From Asterias rubens (taxonomy: Eukaryota): a DNA stretch of 64,000 nucleotides. A program made the translations under genes and the position numbers. Location: NCBI RefSeq assembly GCF_902459465.1, contig NW_022985699.1:62001-126000 (forward strand). The letters run 5' to 3'. Positions 62,901-64,000 of this stretch are shown one piece after another. How positions within the stretch are numbered: the stretch's first letter is position 1; every line of letters starts with the position of its first letter. Below the pieces are notes generated by a model that saw nothing but the letters and a program-made list of their open reading frames with translations, did not search any database and was not told where the DNA came from.

Positions 62901-63725
62901 GAATTCCGCGCTTACGATCACGATTCCCCGCTTACGTGCAAGCGCCGAATTTCTGCGCTAGCCTTGTAAGCGTAGAATGCCTAGTAACGCTGAGTACGCA
63001 TGCGCAGAAGCCAAAATTTGTCGCTAACCCGTGAAATACGCTTGCCGTAAGCACAGAATTCCCTGCTTCCGTAAGCGCCAATTCTGTGCTTACGGTAAGC
63101 AGAGCCATGAAATTGGGCCCTGGTGACCAGTTCTGTTTTATCCTTTTCTTCCATTCTGTGTTTTTCACTTTTGATCATTAGTATGAATTTTAAGTACTCT
63201 TATTGTATTCCCACCGTGCACAGTTGGAAATATTACTGTCAATTTATTTATATAGTTTAGAAATACCATTATAATATCTTATTTAATTCTTAATACTGTT
63301 TAACTTATTTGATAAATAATGTTGCTTTCTTGAGATAGGTTTTTAATGGGTTTTTTTTCCCCAGCTTTTTAACTGTAATCTTATGAAGTACTAATTAAAT
63401 CTGTATTTCGCGGTTTATAAATTTACTTAAGTAGGCCTATTTAATTTCTGAAGTCTTTTGTCAAAACTGTGAAGTAAGATCTTAAAAACATTTTCTGATA
63501 ATATCTACTGATGTTCAACTTCCCTCACTCGTATTGATATTGATATTATTTTATTTTTCCGTTTCTGCTAAAAAAATAAAAACAGAACTGAAGAGAATCA
63601 AGACAAGAAGAGCAAGCCAGTAAAACTAGACAAGCTTGGTCTGGTCAGTAATGCTGAGGGAGAAAACTCCACGGCTAGCGATAAAAGACCCAAGGATCCT
63701 GGTATTCGTTTCCGTATTGGCAAAA
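44977..63725 (+). CDS. TPCN3: Two-pore channel 3 (TPC3), 3'-partial, 18 coding exons in window
   Basis: Exons 44977-45183, 46442-46524, 48944-49064, 49871-49999, 50738-50860, 52155-52273, 53354-53458, 54375-54501, 55089-55290, 55728-55872, 56341-56505, 56858-56928, 58320-58401, 58599-58668, 60414-60651, 61024-61114, 62234-62347, 63586-63725 (phases consistent). Two 6-TM repeats, pore I TTANSPDVMMPAY, EF-hand-like linker DNDDNGSV, S4 LRVLRILRV, pore II VVNQW. The TANS and VVNQW filters are typical of TPC3. The start ATG is tentative. Confidence 0.93.
45378..45935 (+). mobile_element. tRNA-derived SINE (family 2), interrupted by a family-B MITE
   Basis: A-box TGGCCGAGCGG and B-box GGTTCGAGTCC, plus a body shared with copies near 12133-12365, 13675-13865 and 29305-29490 (+) and 15390-15545, 31430-31610, 33200-33400, 38010-38190 and 59620-59890 (-). 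Confidence 0.75.
47040..48420. repeat. Diverged local repeat in TPC3 intron 2
   Basis: TTGATATTTTGCTTGCAGAT recurs at about 47063, 47520, 47861, 48073 and 48375, with a degenerate copy at about 48166. Confidence 0.75.
49154..49533. mobile_element. Kolobok-like MITE, family A, full copy
   Basis: Same TIRs, TTAA on both sides, 380 bp. Confidence 0.85.
50844..51215 (+). repeat. 74-bp tandem repeat x5 containing the TPC3 exon-5 donor
   Basis: CCCTGAGATGAGAGAG|GTAAAG repeated, with GT at 50861, 50935, 51009, 51083 and 51157. Confidence 0.95.
52445..52823. mobile_element. Kolobok-like MITE, family A, full copy
   Basis: Same TIRs, TTAA on both sides, 379 bp. Confidence 0.85.
53560..54410 (+). repeat. 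Triplicated ~270-293 bp unit with TPC3 exon-8 acceptor and GGTTG-rich tract
   Basis: gtag|GATG acceptors at 53812, 54082 and 54375 (the real one). The copies encode decayed versions of MPAYDWNSFY. Confidence 0.88.
55310..55620. repeat. (GGTTG/GGTTT)n microsatellite
   Basis: Degenerate pentamer tract directly after TPC3 exon 9. Confidence 0.9.
57919..58284. mobile_element. Related TTAA-flanked MITE subfamily (TIR AGCCATT...)
   Basis: TTAA-AGCCATT...AATGGCT-TTAA. Other copies at 38205-38565 and about 29500-29757, and reversed at about 44485-44890. Confidence 0.8.
60652..61023 (+). other. U12-type AT-AC intron (TPC3 intron 15)
   Basis: Donor ATATCCTTTG; branch TCCTTAAT at 61007-61014; ends ...CAC at 61023; restores QWH-V-IADGFV. 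Confidence 0.94.
61597..62233 (+). repeat. ~217-bp tandem repeat x3 upstream of TPC3 exon 17
   Basis: AAAGAACCAAGTT at about 61597, 61821 and 62038. The third, diverged unit supplies the exon-17 pyrimidine tract. Confidence 0.85.
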
Positions 63726-64000
63726 GTGAGTTGGAAGCAGTCCTACCTTACTTTCTCTGCTAAATCTATACTTGTATCAAAAGTCATGCACTGAGTAATC
63801 ATTAGACTTTACAATAATATTAAAGGCAGTGGACACTATTGGTAATTACTCAAAATATTTATTAGCATTAAACGTTAAACGAGAAATGGGGAGAGGTTGA
63901 TGGTAAAAAAAACATTGTGAGAAACGGCTCCCTCTGAAGTGCCATAGTTTTTGAGAAAGAAGTAATTTTCCATGAATTTGATTTCGAGACTTCAGATTTA

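Overview
AT-rich, intron-containing animal genomic DNA. It is probably an invertebrate deuterostome such as an echinoderm; this is inferred from TPC3, an intron-rich MOCS3 and the repeat content. By reading splice sites by hand I rebuilt seven genes: (1) the 3' part of an F-type lectin/FTP-domain gene (-; GC-AG intron, degenerate fucose motif); (2) a 151-aa PH-domain protein ending in a CaaX box (+); (3) MOCS3/UBA4 (-; 12 exons); (4) MRPL48 (+; head-to-head with MOCS3); (5) vasohibin (-; 9 exons); (6) an ankyrin-repeat/SOCS-box (ASB) gene (+) whose frame is broken by a 7-bp duplication; (7) two-pore channel TPC3 (+; runs off the window). Introns and intergenic DNA are full of non-autonomous DNA transposons (TTAA, CWG, 8-bp and 9-bp target-site duplications), tRNA-derived SINEs, L2-like LINE ends and local tandem repeats. 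I found no CRISPR array, rRNA, true tRNA or intact transposase. The main points of interest are: five U12 (minor-spliceosome) introns among about 48 introns; repeated tandem duplications of gene boundaries (stop codons, donors, acceptors), including a stop-codon-derived array with 18 AP-1 motifs and an in-frame second MOCS3 C-terminus with mostly synonymous differences; and the ASB frameshift. All gene models were read by eye and have no transcript support.
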